From assembly GCF_018977255.1 (NCBI RefSeq), contig NW_024704742.1:115570001-115634000 (forward strand): a stretch of 64,000 nt of DNA, in the 5' to 3' direction. Under the pieces are notes generated by a model. That model searched no databases, was not told where the DNA came from, and was given only the letters and a program-made list of their open reading frames with translations. The translations under genes and the position numbers were made by a program. Numbering within the stretch: the first letter of the stretch is position 1; each line of letters opens with the position of its first letter. Source of the stretch: Callorhinchus milii. Its lineage: Eukaryota. Positions 11,558-25,625 of the stretch are shown here, piece after piece.

Positions 11558-14369
11558 GGTTAACACACAAATTAAGAATGTATTTACTCAAAATATCTGC
11601 ATGACAAACATCTGAAGGAGATATTCTTGAACTGCAATTGTTTAAAGTGAGGTTATTGAATACACTGCCATGCTGAGATTCCTCTGCGTGAGGAATATCA
11701 CCAATTTTGTGCCAGGCAATGCTGAGTTAAGGTCATTTTTGTGCTGTGAACCAAAGATACATGGCAAAAGGGTAAGAAATTCATGTGTTTGTAAGCAACC
11801 AACAGGAATTGAATTGTGACTGACTAAACCCATTTATCCTGCAGTGGAACATAAGATTCACATAGGACCCTTATTCCGATAAACAGATGAGATGGGCTAA
11901 TACCAAACCAATTCCAGGGTAAAATGCCACATTTAGAAGTTTGCGGAGGAACATGAACAAGAAGATATATGGCAAATGGTGAAATGTGGTAGGGATAAAT
12001 GCCACTTATTTGTAAGCAATGTTTGGCAGACGCTGTTCACAGAGGTGGTTTTCCTTTAAGCATTCCTCCAATTTTAATGTTCTGTATCAGCCTCCTGCAT
12101 AACATTCTGTTTATAGATGTTGTATCATTAGAAAATATGTATATTATAAACAATGCAGAGTACATTCCCAACTGATTGTCAACATTTCTCTATTTATAGT
12201 ATCTTTAAGCACAGTCTTTAAAGTCGCAGTTTCCCTTTTCCTCTGGCTTTTGTAGACTTGTATTGAAATCTCTTAACAAAAGCACAATATTGCCCTTGTT
12301 TGAATTTCTGAATAATTTCATTTCCTTTTACCCTGTTTACATTTGAGGATCCAAACTGGTCTTGCGCTCCCCAGTGTTTATGTTTGACTTCTGTCAGGAC
12401 ATGAGATAGACATTGGGTTTATAGCTGCTCCATCCACTGTCTGTGTATGGCGGCTACAGGAACACACTGATTCAAATCGCTTGACTTTGGCTTGGTTTAA
12501 ATCACATTTCTTTGAAGTTTCCCTCAAGCTGGTGGGATGGGAAAAAGGGAGAATAGTTTCTCTTAACTAATAATTTCATTTAAGTTTCCGTTTAGTCTAA
12601 ACAAAATTATTGTGCATAGTGTAAACTCTCAGCAAATAAAAGTAGGAACCTCAATGTTATTACACGTACTGCATGAAAGTAGACATTGGTTCAGACAATC
12701 TATTTGTTATCGGTGTGGGAAAATGCATCATTGACATTTGAGCAATTAAACTCAATGATCAAGGAGGAAGAAAGGAGTAAATGTGGGACAGCAGATAGGG
12801 TTCCAACTATTTGAGTGAAACAAACAAAGGATTTGTTTCCTCATGCTTTAGCTCCCCAGTGCTGCTGAGAAGTCGGGAGAGCTGAACCCTGCAAGACTAC
12901 ATCCTATGTGGGTGATCATTCCACCTCACGGAGCTGGTGAGGAATTTCGGTGTCTTGTCTGAGCCTCTACCAAACACCCTCTCTCTCTGTCTTAACCTAT
13001 TTGATTTCACTTTTGGCCATGTTCCCCTGCCATCCCCACCCCCCATCCCCCAGCTCCAACACCCCGATGGAGCATGGGCTCCCACGCAGTTGTGTGAAAC
13101 ACTTGAGTTGTTCTTTCAGTGTAAGAGGCACTGTATAAATGTATAATTGTAATCATAAACTGATCTATAATAATCAGTGGCTTGGGATGTCCTCCAGACG
13201 TGAAATACGCTACACAAATATAATTTTGTATTGCAACATGTCATTCAAAAGACCTAGTTGTTCTTTAACATGATTTACCACTAACATAACTAAAGATAAT
13301 TACTGCTAACATAGCTAAGAATGGCTAAAAACATTTTTTAGATCTTGCCACGATCACACTTTTACCCTCCTTTTAGTTAACCTCATCTTTTTGTATGACT
13401 CCTCATCCTCGGTATGCTTTGTTCCCAGCTATTTTCTGATGTATTTCTATCCATTAGTTTTAATAAACCTTGCATTTTGACCTCTTTAATCAACTATTGT
13501 GCATTCGGTCTTGCTGCACAGGTCTTTGGCGACAACAAATTAAATGAAAATCTATGTGCATTTCTCTTACAATGCTCTTCTGCTTCAGAATGCAAAACTA
13601 CTTTAACTTAGCTCATAATTTTTTTAGTGCATTTTCATTCGATTGGCTTCTTAGTTAGTCCTGAATCCTGGAAAAGAGCTGTTGATTAGGTAGTGAAGCC
13701 AGAGGGACTATAACAGTTACTTGCCAGAATATTAATATGGGGGAGAGGATTCTTCTGTCCGGATTTACTAAGAATAGCTAGTAAAGGTCCCAGAAAAAAA
13801 TCATCATTTCTCATCTTGCCAAATTTTTGACACAAAAAAGAACTGTCCCACTGACCACTTCAGTAAAAGGCTGTTTGATTGCTTCTGGCATTGACCCATT
13901 GATGTATTCATTGCCAGGACTGAGGATAGATAAAACATAGAGTGGACCAGAGGCTTCCTTTATCATGTTTCATTTTGGCTTCAGGTCACAAGGAGATTTG
14001 TAACATTTAGAACAATTTCTCACACATTTATTCTAAAGATATACTCGACCGGAGTCATAAGTAATGCAACTTTCTCATCTTTTTACATATTTCTTTGGAT
14101 ATAGTTTTTCTGAAGCCAAGCTCAAAATAGAATGCATTCTACTTGCATTCTTCCCAAACCTTGTTCTTGCCCTCTAGATGGAAGATTAAAAAGATGCCTC
14201 AACAGCTTATTTTAGGGTGAATTGAAGCTCCCAAAACACAACTCAATAACTGTGATTGGTCTTGCCTGCAAACGCAGCAGCCATAAGCACCGGCAAGATC
14301 CCATATACAGCCATGAGAGAAGGGAGTTTCCCTCAATATCCTGACCAACAGTGAGATTGATCATATTTG

Positions 14370-14612
14370 AATGACCTATTTATCTGGAGGACTTTTGGCC
14401 AGCACACCACGAGTTACCTCCTTATCCTTTTAAATAATGTGAAGGGATCGTTAATGGCCAGACAAGCAGGCTGTGAGTTTAATACCTCATCTGAAAGACA
14501 GCTCTTCCAGCAGTGCTGTCCAGCATTAAATGCAACCTTAGGTCCTGATGTGGAGCTTGATCCCAAATCTTCTGACTCAGAGGTAAGAATGCTATCAACT
14601 GAGCCAGACTGT
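14370..14612 (-). mobile_element. DeuSINE-like fragment
   Basis: Colinear with 11300-11557 (TCTGACTCAGAGG...TGCTATCAACTGAGCCA). Confidence 0.6.
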
Positions 14613-15267
14613 CATCCAATTGAACAAAAAGATCAAATTATAGCTTCATTGTTAAAGTGGAATTTTAAACTTTAAGGAGACAAATTTTAGTCAGCTGGGA
14701 AGAAATTGGCTATTGAGTTTTGTGAGTTTTTGTTTTTCAGCCACAAACGATTCTCCCATCTTTACGAATTTTACATTTTAATTTAGTGTTTGGACTCTTC
14801 AGTAATAATGTAATAATGTTTAACTCAGACTCTTAGTTTTACAGATATCTAGTATTTGTGCACATGTATTACTTCCGTATGTTGTTATTTCGTTGCTCTA
14901 TTCTGTAAATAAACTTATTTTGATTTAATTGAAAAATCCATGTCAGCTCACAATGCCTCCATCTTCCAAAAGAAAATGGTGTCACAGAAGAAGCAGTCGA
15001 TGCTAAGCATAGTTGGTAAATATTGCTTTATGCAAAATTGGTTCCATATCGCCTACAAATATAGTCACTCCCCTTCACAGTGTATTCCATGGAGTGCTTT
15101 GAGGCACCCTACAGATGTTAAAGGTGTTATATCAAATGTAACGATTAGTAATATTATTATCAGTTCTATAATTTTATTGGGGCATAGTATTTATGCTTCA
15201 ATGTCAGAATCAACAAAGTTAAGGTTCAATTGGGATTTAATTTTCGATATTATGGTAACAAAATTAT

Positions 15268-15592
15268 AATAAAATAATCATCCTTCACGTCTTCGAGACG
15301 TCTCAAAGTGCTTCACAGAATGTACTGTAAAGTGGATTGATTTGTGTTTTTTGTGGGTGAAATGCGCAGCCAATTGCGCACAAACAGTCGCAGTTTGAGT
15401 GACCAAATTATTATTATTATCTTTTTTTGAAGGGATTATTATACCCGGGAAAGCGATCCGTCAATCAATTAACAACCAGGTCCTTACTTACTGCTAGGTA
15501 AACAAGGCGTGTGGAATAAGGAAACATGCCTAACATTTCACCCTGCTCGGAAATCAAACCCAGGTCCTCTTGCTTGTGAGGCGAGTGCTCTA
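15268..15592 (-). mobile_element. SINE, long subfamily
   Basis: Reverse complement of the family body, including the long insert. Confidence 0.8.
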
Positions 15593-15802
15593 CCCATTGA
15601 ATTTCTTAATAAAGAATGAGTTTGGCAAATGGGGACTCCCTCTGGCAAGTAAAAGTATGCCATGCTGACCCATTGGATCACTGCTCCAATAAACTTTACT
15701 TCTGAAATAGAATTCCCGCAGGTTGAAACAATTGAGAAATAGCACAAGTTCTAGACTGAAGTGGAGCCACTGGGCTACCCAATTGTGAGGGATTTGTGAG
15801 AA

Positions 15803-16156
15803 CATACAACAAAAGCAACAAAATTACATGTATAGAGCGCCTTTCACGTCGGGAGGACGTCCCAAAGCGCTGGACAGTCAAGGGTCAGGACCTGAGCATG
15901 GGGGAGAGGTGGGGTAGGGGTGAGTGAAGGCAGAGAGGTGGGAGGGTGACTGAAGGCATGATAGAAGAGGAGGGTCTTGAGACCAGCCTTGAAGGAGGCA
16001 AGGGAGGAAGCGAGGTGAAGGGACTGTGGGATGGAGTTCCAGAGTGTGAGGGCAGAGAGGCTGAAAGCCCAGCCACCGATGGTAGGGCGGGTCGGGCCGG
16101 AGACATGGAGCGGGCTAGAGCCCGCTGAATAGAGGGAGCGGGCAGGTACTGGGGTT
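15803..16156 (-). mobile_element. L2 LINE 3' fragment
   Basis: The reverse complement matches 5850-6190. Confidence 0.85.
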
Positions 16157-18902
16157 GTAGTCAAGAAATGTACAATAATAATCCTCACATTTGATATAGT
16201 GCTTTGTCATGTTGTAGAAAAATCTCAAAGTGCTTCACAGGATTTTACTATAAAATGAATTGACTGTGTATTTTCATAGGCGAAGGTAGCAGCCAATTTG
16301 CAAGTAGCGGTGATCCACAATCAGCCATGAAGTCAGTATAATTCAAACAGCATTTCACATCCCCCAAAAAGTCAAGTGAAAAGTTGCTCAGAACGTGATG
16401 TGACAGTGTTTCCAGTCTATGCCTGTGATACCTTTGGAGCGATTGCTGTACAATGCCGCACTGTATCTCGGTAGTCCCACTTTTCCCATATCAGTGAATC
16501 CTGCGTGAACTCAGTCCCTGGGGAAACCAGGGTAGAGTTTTCACTTCCGCTTCCCTTCCTTTGTTTGAAGAAGTAAGGGAACTCAGCTGCAGTTATGCAA
16601 AAAAAAGGAATTAAAAAANTTGTCCAAAAAGTGGCCAATTGCCTTGTTTCACATTGTGCAGACAGCAAAGAGGAAACAATGAGGTTGGCTGATACAGGCC
16701 CTCAGGGGATTCAACACGGTCACTCCCAATGAACAGAGAGGTGTGCCTTCCTCCTCATGTCCTCCGATCTTTTCTGTGCATCATAAAACCCTGCTATGTC
16801 TATTCTTTGCCAGTGAAAGGAATAATTTTTTGTGCGTTTTTTTTTGCTGCAGCTTTGAAACCTTAACATGGTCAGTTTTGGGAGGTGTCAAACTTTTCTC
16901 AGAAAAGTCCTGATCTTGACGAGGAAAGTAATAGAAACATATCCTAAGATACAAAGTTTGAACTTTGTTCATCTCAATTGCTAGAAAGTTCAAAATGATG
17001 CATATCTGTCTAGTTCCGTCCCTTTTGTTTTACTATTGGGATTAAGATCTCAAATTTGCACCACAACGCCTATAGGACTGTCAGTGGCAGTAAAAGTTAC
17101 AACTCCCTTACAATTCCTTTGCCATTGGAACTTTTCACGCAAGAGATGAGTGGCATCAAGCCAGACAGACTTCATTTTCTGCTGCAGATAACTAGACCTT
17201 TCTGTAATAAATCCTCAACATGTATCCTCTACTCTCATAACATCTAAAAACAAAGGGAAGGATAAAAATGCTTTTATGAAATTGATTGGATTAATAACTG
17301 AGAATTATTATTGATTACTCACATAACCAAACCCAACTGTGCATTTAAATGATAAAGAATTATATGCCTTATCATTCAGCTAATAAAGAAATTATACATC
17401 ACATCAGAATGTGCTTCAGGAGTAATTACTATCAAGTGTAGTGACTATTTTTGCAGGCACCTGCAGCAGCCATTTGGACCAGCAAAGTCCCACAAACAGG
17501 CAAGAGCAGAATACGCAATTACTCAGAAATATCTTTACCAGTTCTCTCAGAAGCAACTCTCTTCTCTTTTCATATAGTGTCATTGGATATCCCTTGATAC
17601 CCTGACCTAACAAATATTTGTTGTCTCACCCAAAACAATTCAGCATTATTATTCAGCAATGTACCCTCAGCTTGGACTAAGATTTCAACCACCAGTTGAT
17701 AAAAATGCTACCATATGAGTGGCATTGAAACTTAAATATTACATTTCCTGGTGACATGCCTGCATTGTCCATACACGGACATGTAAGTAATAGGTAACCA
17801 GACATTTTCTGATTAGACTTTTGGACAGATCAGGGGGACACTGTAATACAACCCAACCAAAGTGAGAAAAAACACATCAGCTTTTGTAATTTTACCAGGT
17901 TCGCAAAAAAATGAGTCTTCACACATATGAGCCAAATGGTCTCCTTCGACACTGTAAATTTCTATGATTCTAGATTTGTGCTGCTGTTGTGAATTAAATA
18001 TTTGATATCTATAAATATGATGATTTTATATATAAATATAGATGAAATGGGGGGAGTGCCTGGCTTAAGTGACTTCCACTGTACTTTGAAAATGATGTAC
18101 AGTTGTTACAGTTCTCCTCTTTGCTAGACAGCAATTGAAGTATCACTGGGATCCATGTATACTACACTTGCTCATGAATAGGTCATTGGATTTGTGTTAA
18201 CTCTGTGTAAACACATGTAATATGTAATTAATAACCAATGAACACAATTTCAGAAGATTCTGCAATCCTTGCGTTTTCAATTTTCATTTTTAATATAGAA
18301 ACAGACGGCCCAAATCTGTTTTAACATATAAAATAGGAGGTAGGTGTATGCTTATGTTTCTGGGGCAATACAGTTCTGATGCTTTATGTGCAGCTCTGCT
18401 TTAATTTTAATATCCCAGAAACAAATTACTGCACAATAGCTTTGTTGCTTTGACATGCTCTTTCATATGATATGGGTAAAGGCAGGACATATTTAAAATG
18501 CAATTAACAATGGGTCTTATCAGAGCATACAATTTAAGATTGAGAAAGGGCTGTTAGCTAAGCAAGCTCGCCCTGCCACTTACATCCTTTCTCAACAGCC
18601 TGACTGACCGCTGTTTATCTCCTGTCTTCCCGAGCAGCAATATGGATGTGAGCAACCAGAAACAATGCAATGCTTTACGACTTTGTTTTGGAAAAAAACA
18701 AGATTCTTTTAACAAAGCAAATGATTATTTAACTATTCAGGGCTGAACTTGTAATGAATGGGCCAGCAGCATTTACAGTACTACAGTACAAAATAATCTG
18801 TGCTGCACACCGACTGAAGAATGGAAGGTAGCAGAGTAAAAATGGAACACATAAATCAGTTTTTTAAAAGATGAAATGGGACAATACAATAACAAGGCAT
18901 TT

Positions 18903-19036
18903 GGATACTGAGGAGGTGAATGGGGATGGCAACAGCGGAGGTGAATGGAGGTTACTGAGGTGAATGAAGGGTTACTGAGGTGAATGGGCATGGATATTGA
19001 AGAGGTGAATAGGGTTGTTACTGAAAGGTTAATGGG
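18903..19036. repeat. Degenerate minisatellite, units of about 20-25 nt (GGTTACTGAGGTGAATGG-like)
   Basis: About six imperfect copies sharing GAGGTGAATG. Confidence 0.7.
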
Positions 19037-19461
19037 GGATGGCTGCTTTCTTTTTCACTGGGAGTGTCAAGATCCGAAAAGGTTAAAAGAAACCAATTTA
19101 GTGTTTAAAAATCCAGCAAAGTCCTTTAGGACATGTTCTCTTTACACTCTCTCTTCTCACTCTGATCCAAGAGTTTTTCCGGATCTAGTAGAGATTGTGC
19201 AATTGCAATACTGCATCATTCAATCCACGCAGCTGTGTTTTTTATTAATAATGAATGAGGAACAGTGCACATTTATTACAGAACAGACTGCTGACTGTAC
19301 AACATTTTATTATACCTTCAAGCTTGGTAGTTTGCAGGTTGCTTTAAACCATTACAAATTGTTTTCTTCTCCTTGACCAGTCAATTAAACAATTGTAGAA
19401 AAACAGCCAGTGCTCTCCGCCTTCATAATATTCTGCATTATGATTTGAACACCATTCTTGT

Positions 19462-19855
19462 GGATTCCTGTAGCTTAGTGGTTAGAGCACTCGCCTCACA
19501 AGCGAGAGGACCTGGGTTTGATTCCCGGGCAGGGCAAAAAGGTGGGCAAGTTTCCTTACTCTACACGCCTCTGTTTACTTATCAGTAAATAGGAACCCAG
19601 TCGTTAGTCGATTGGCAATTGCTTTACCGGGGGTAATAATCCCTTCAAAAAAAAAAATCATTTGGTCACACAATCCACGACTGTTTGTGGACACTGCTGT
19701 GCGCATTGGCTGCCGCGTTTCGCCCACAAAATATACAATCAATTCACTTTACAGTATATTCTGTGAAGCACATTCAGACGTCAGAAAGACGTGATAAGGA
19801 GCTAATTTTAAAATAATTTTAAACTTTTTAAATGCAAGGATTATTATTATTATTG
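19462..19855 (+). mobile_element. tRNA-derived SINE, long subfamily, full length
   Basis: GGATTCCTGTAGCTTAGTGGTTAGAGCAC head, long insert and (TAT)n tail. Confidence 0.85.
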
Positions 19856-20959
19856 TGGTCATCATTTATTTAAAAAGTAGGTAATTGTCTTTAGCAGGAA
19901 TTAAGTGTTGAAAGGGTTAATCAATGTGTTCTGCTGTTAAACAACTCTCAGCCATAAGACTACTTCCAGGCTGCACACTCAGCTCTTGTATTTACAAGGC
20001 ATCAGATTGAAAAAAACATTTCTTTCTCAAGACTGTGCGGTTGCTGCTTTGAATCATGTTTGCTGAGTCGGCCGGTTGTAGACAGTGCATTGTTGTTATA
20101 AAGAAGATCTTCAATTAGAAACAGAAAGATGGAGGATCTTGTTGAGCTGACAGAAACAATGGCAAACAGGGAATTGTTGAAACTGAACCTTTGCTTTTGT
20201 CTCAACAATACAAAAGAAGAACAACTAACAATTCCAGTTTATGGCTCACTTGGAATACATAATATCATTCAGCTGCTCTGTACAATAAGGAGATGAGAAA
20301 GCATGGAATGGTGCAAGGCAACTTGCCTCCTCAAGATTTAGCATACAGACAGACTTATGCTAAATCTGCCCTTTTGGGACTTCAAACCATCCACTCTGTG
20401 TACAGAAGACTCTGTAACTTTAAAGACAATCATAAAAATCCTACAGAATGTTCTTTGATCCTTGCATTCCTTGGTGTTATATTATCAACTTGTTCTCATC
20501 TTATTTCAGAATGTTAGTTGTCAGTTTAACACTCAAGTACGCACAATGTCTTATAGAACACACATTCAGTATTCTCTTTGGGTAGAAAATCTGTTCAGTG
20601 TTACGCGTTTCTCATTAAAGGTCAACACTCCAAGGGCAATGTGCACAATACTGAATGGAACATTTATCACAAAGAAGTCGAAAAAGATCATGGTGTGAAA
20701 ACAGAGCAGTGTAAATGATTTCTTACACCAAAAAGATCTCATTCTCTTGGAAATTCTACATACATAACATCAACTCATGAAATCTTGGTTCCTGTACAAA
20801 TGTAAATTTAAAGAATCCTACATAGTAAATTATCGTGTGGAAATTTTCTGATAACTATAAGACCTCGTACAACAACTGTTTAGGTGTCATGCGATGATCG
20901 GATTCCAAAAGGTGCACATAATGTGAAGTAATTCACTGTGGCAGAAAAAATAAAGAAAC

Positions 20960-22370
20960 TGTCTATAGTCTAAATGGTAGGAACCTAAGAGGAGGAGCGA
21001 CGAGATCTCAGGATTTAGATTAGCAAATCTCTAACAGTAGCAACACAGGTAGATAAGGTCATAAAAAAAGACAACGAGTTCTTATAATAATATAATAATA
21101 ATAATCCTTGCATTTGATATAGCGCTCTTCACGTCTTCTCGACATCTCAAAGTGCTTCACAGAATAGACTGTAAAGTGAATTGACTGTATATTTGTGGGT
21201 GAGTCTTGGGCTTTATATTCAGAAGGATAAACATGAGGAGGTGATGTTGAATTTATGTAAAACTTTGTGAGACCACATTGGACCATAATTGTGTCCAATT
21301 CTGGTTTCTATACTATAGGAAAAATATAGTAACGATGGAAAGAGAACATAGGAACAGGAATAGGCCATTCAGCCCTTCGAGCCTGTTCCGCCATTTAATT
21401 AGATCATGGCTGATCTATATCTTTACTAGAATTTCGAATCTCAATTTTCCGCTTTCTCCTCGTATCCCTTAATACCCCGACCTACCAAAAATCTGTCAAT
21501 CTCTTTCTTGATGGATCCAGCATCCACGACTTTTGGGGGGAGAGAGTTCCAGATTTCTACCACCCTTTGAGTGAAAAATACTTCCTAATTTCAGTCTTAA
21601 ATGGTCTGGTTCTAATTTTAAGACTATGCCCCCTTGTTTTGCATTCCCCCAACATAGGAAATAGCTTTTCTGCATCTACCCCTTTATCAAATCCCTTTAT
21701 CATCCTAAAAACCTCTATCAAATCACCCCTCAACCTTGTAAACTCGAGGGAATAAAATCCAAGTTTACGCAGCCTTTCTTTGTAACTTAATCCTTTTAGG
21801 CCTGGTAACATTCTGGTGAACCTGCACTGCACCCCCTCCAAGGCCAATATATCTTTCCTGTGGTGTGGTGCCCAAAACTGAACACAGTACTCCAGGTGGG
21901 GTCTGACTACAGCATAAGTTAACTAGGTTAATCCCAGGTTACTGTTAGCAGGATAGGCTAGTTGGTTAGATCTATTTCCACTAGAGAAGAAACATTTGAG
22001 AGAGGACCTACTAGAAGTGTTCAAAATTATAAAAGGGTTTGATAAGGTTAGAATATCTAGGCTATTCTCATTAGTTGTGGAGTCTGTAAACAGGAGACAC
22101 AAATATAAGATAACAACTACGGGATCTAAAAAAGAAATTAGAAGGAACTATTTTATGCAGAGGGTGGTGAGAATGTGGAATGTGAAACGGTGGATGATTC
22201 AGATGATGTAGATGATTTAAGAGAAAACTAGATATACATGAGGGAGAAGGGGATAGAAGGGGAGGGAGTAAGGAGCGGGAGAAGACCCATGTGGAGTATA
22301 AAGCCTGGCATCGACTAGTTTGGTCGAATGGCCTGTTTCCTTGCAGTACAATTAATGTAATATTCTGTGT
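20960..22370 (+). mobile_element. Decayed CR1 LINE interrupted by a SINE tail (21085-21200) and an opposite-strand CR1 (21345-21910)
   Basis: Plus-strand CR1 ORF2 C-terminal motifs (...LREDLLEVFKIIKGFDKV...YFMQRVVRMWN) resume after each insert. Confidence 0.7.
21345..21910 (-). mobile_element. CR1 LINE 3' fragment
   Basis: ALEGVQCRFTRMLPGLKGLSYKERL...RLRGDLIEVF, plus a 3' tail of GAATGGCCTATTCCTGTTCCTATGTT. Confidence 0.85.
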
Positions 22371-22919
22371 AAATGAAAGAGAGAATTTATCAGATTGAAA
22401 CAAGCTTTACAAATAATTGCTGTAAATGTAGTGATTCTTCTCTGAAGGCAAGCAAGCTGGCCTTGAAGATGCTCTTCCACAGATACAGTTGCAGAGTCCT
22501 ATATCTGTGACTCTTAATCTCTCTTTCCTCCACAGATAATAAAACAGTCACTATTGCAACAAGTGCTGTAGCCCGATTAAAATTTCCTGCCCAATTTGCT
22601 AGAGCTGCAGCAATGTCAAACCACATCTAGATTTTACACCCTCCTAACCCTCAGTGAAACAATTTTGTGTTCATTGAATTTCAGAAGCAGTAGAATATTA
22701 TAGATTCCCCAGCTCAATTTCTTTCCAGCATCAATTAATCTCTTTATGTTATAGCCTCTATTGTCCAGTTATACCACAAGTCAAAACTTTTGTTGTAAAA
22801 GGATGAAATGTGTGTACCACCAAACTCATTATTATTGATATGTAAATTTTGCCAATAGAGGATTAGACCCTTACTTTTGCTTAAGACGATGTTCAGTGAC
22901 ACGCATAACATTTATATTT

Positions 22920-22925
22920 TTTATT
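22920..22925 (-). promoter_or_regulatory. Possible ZNF366 polyadenylation signal (an alternative AATAAA is at 23157-23162)
   Basis: AATAAA on the minus strand 1.7 kb past the stop codon, followed by the GT-rich TGTTATGCGTGTC. Confidence 0.25.
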
Positions 22926-24629
22926 GAGAAATTACAAATATTATGATATAGAATATATGCAACAATTAGGAATGCATATCATATTATTAATAATAATTAA
23001 TTATCTTGATAACACAGAGAAAATGCTAGCCAATACTGGAAAACAAGTGAAGAAAGTCGCCCAAGGAGGGAAAGTATAATGTTTTTGTTTCCTTCAGGTA
23101 CATTGATTGTTTGACTAATACAATAGAATGACATGTAAAGAGACAAGAGGTTCATTTTTATTGTTGATGATGAAGTATAAACACAACATTTGGTCAATAG
23201 TACTTTCATTTGCTACTTTAAACTTTAGAGTAATACTCTTTTACAAACTACCCAATAACAATGATTTCTAAGACATAAAGTATTTTGAGACATTCTTAAT
23301 ATTACAGGATCTAAATCAAATGCAAAGGATTATTTTTNATTTATAAAACCATCATCAATATTGTTGCATTCAACAGAAAACAGTGGTTACATTCTTGAAA
23401 GTATATTTTCTTTGTTATAATCACATCTAACCCAATTTCACACCTCTCCTTGATCTTTCCTTCTGTTCTTTCAAATCTCCTTGAAGACCTATCTCTTTGA
23501 ATGCGCTTTCAGTCATCTTCCTCTATCCCCCCGCTCCCTCCAATCTCGGGCGTCTGTTCAGTCTTTGTAAAGCACCGTGAGACCTTTTCCCAACCTGAAA
23601 GTTTATGTGCAATGTAAATTATTGTTGAACTGACTCATCCCTTCGTGTAGAACTGTGATTCATTAATGTACGAGTCAATGCTCACTCTGAAATGATTTGA
23701 ATCACAAAGAAGTTTAATCAAGTGGTTCTCAGGTTCTAACAAGGATCAAAACAAAAATGAGAGATGGAAATCACATGGCATTAGTGCACTCATACACAAT
23801 GTGCCTTTGTGATCTTATCTGTTCAGAGATCAGGCACTGATGACAAGCATATGAGCTTCTCAATTTCATTAAAGAAAGAGATTTATATTATTGTTACGTA
23901 TTTGTTCTATTTGTAGTTAGTTTGTTACCATTCTGGTACTTGTTGCCATATTCTTGTGCAGTTTACAGTTATCACAATTTTTTATATAAAAATGTGTATG
24001 CATTGGACAAAGACCAAACAATAAAGACAGGCTCTGATTGTAAAGTATACTTCAACACTTGCTTTTGAAATCTAGAAAACATATCAGAAAAGCCTGAATC
24101 AATAACTGTCTAATATCTGATTAGTAATTACAATAACATTATAATAAGCGTTTCGAATTATATCTGAAGAAATATCACAAAATGTAAATTAAATTGGTGT
24201 CAGACATGGTAAACAAAGTGGAAAAAGTGCCTATTTAATAGGTTAGACACAATCTGCTGGTGAATATGCTGGTGATAGATTCATGTCTCAGCCAGATGCA
24301 AGGTTTACATTGTCTGCCTGGTAAATAGACAACGCTGGTTTCATATCTCAAGCATTGGGGATAGCAGCCTCTACCTCAAGGCTGCCCAGCTTGCTATCAT
24401 GGCTTTGGCGCAGTTGCAAGATCTGTATTGTTAAAGTTCCTTGGTGCCACTGACTGTGATTTGATAGAAGTGCCAGGTTTTGGCCCCATTAACCGAGGGT
24501 GGCCAACTCAATGGGCGTGTAATCTAAATACAGGTTAACATGTTAAGGAAAAACTACTGTATGTCTCACATCTCTTATGTCTATTCAGTATTACACTCTG
24601 TCTATAACATTTCTATTTCATTCAGATGT

Positions 24630-25105
24630 TCAAGCAATATAATGGTTAAGCTTTGTTAAGACGTCCTTTAGGCTTTTGACATTATAGTTTTCATTGAGAT
24701 TATCAAATAAGTAGCAAACATTGTTATATTTGTCAGCTTCAATTCCATTCTGCAGAAATTCTTCATTGACCAGCAGGTCCTCCTCGTCTTCACTCATCAC
24801 TCTCTCTTTATCTTCGTTGGCCAAGTCTCTGAAATTATGAAGTGGTCTTGCTGCTTTCAGGGACAGATCTTCTGGTACATATAGCTTGTCATCTCTGCAA
24901 TACTCCTCAGGGCTATACTGTCCCATTGTATAGTAGTTGTCCTCATCTTCCTCATGACAGGAGCTTCCCTTGGCACTCTCTCCATCCGACTGAGAGAAGC
25001 TTGTTTTTACTCTGCTTTTTTGGGAAAGATCAAAGGGTTCTTCCTGCTCAAAGTTGCTCAGTAGATTGGCCTGGGAAAATACACTTAGTCCTCTCCTCCT
25101 GAAGC
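24630..25105 (-). CDS. ZNF366: ZNF366 last coding exon (PFDLS CtBP motif, acidic region, stop)
   Basis: Acceptor tctatttcattttag|GC completes the AGC codon. Encodes FRRRGL...EQEEPFDLSQK...QSDGESAKGSSCHEEDEDN...SLKDVLTKLNHYIA, then TGA at 24632-24630. The spliced total of 2136 nt is divisible by 3. Confidence 0.9.
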
Positions 25106-25309
25106 CTAAAATGAAATAGAACAATACATTCATCAGCTATCACGTCATTTAGTTTAACAATCTGGGTAGATAATCATTACAATATATTACCAATGAAAAT
25201 GCATATGTTTCTTAAATAAATACAATCGATTCAATTAAGTTACAGATATATCAACTCTACCGACTAACCATCCTCTAGATTAATTGGTCATTCACCTATT
25301 TGCCGTTTG

Positions 25310-25625
25310 TGGCAGCTTCAGAGCTTCAGACCCGAGCTGGGGATCGGGGAGGGTGGAGGGCAGGGGGGAAGGAGGGAGATCGAAAGCACGGTCAAAGAGG
25401 AGAGTCTTGAGATGGGTCTTGAAGGAGACAAGGGAGGGGTGAGGCGGAGGGACTGCAGGATGGAGTTCCAGGCAGAGTGGCAGAAGCGGCCAATAGTGGG
25501 GCGAGCGAGGCGGGGGGATGTGAAGCAGGCCGGAGCCTGCTGAGCGGAGGGAGCAAGCAGGATGGTAGGGGGTTAGGAGGTCGCAAAGGTAGCAGGGGGA
25601 GCAAAAGCTTTGAAGGTGAGAGCGT
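25310..25625 (-). mobile_element. L2 3' fragment in the last ZNF366 intron
   Basis: Similar to 15850-16150. Confidence 0.75.

Noticed and set aside
18903..19036. CRISPR-like repeat-spacer array
   Set aside because: A degenerate minisatellite without unique spacers, in vertebrate DNA with no cas genes.
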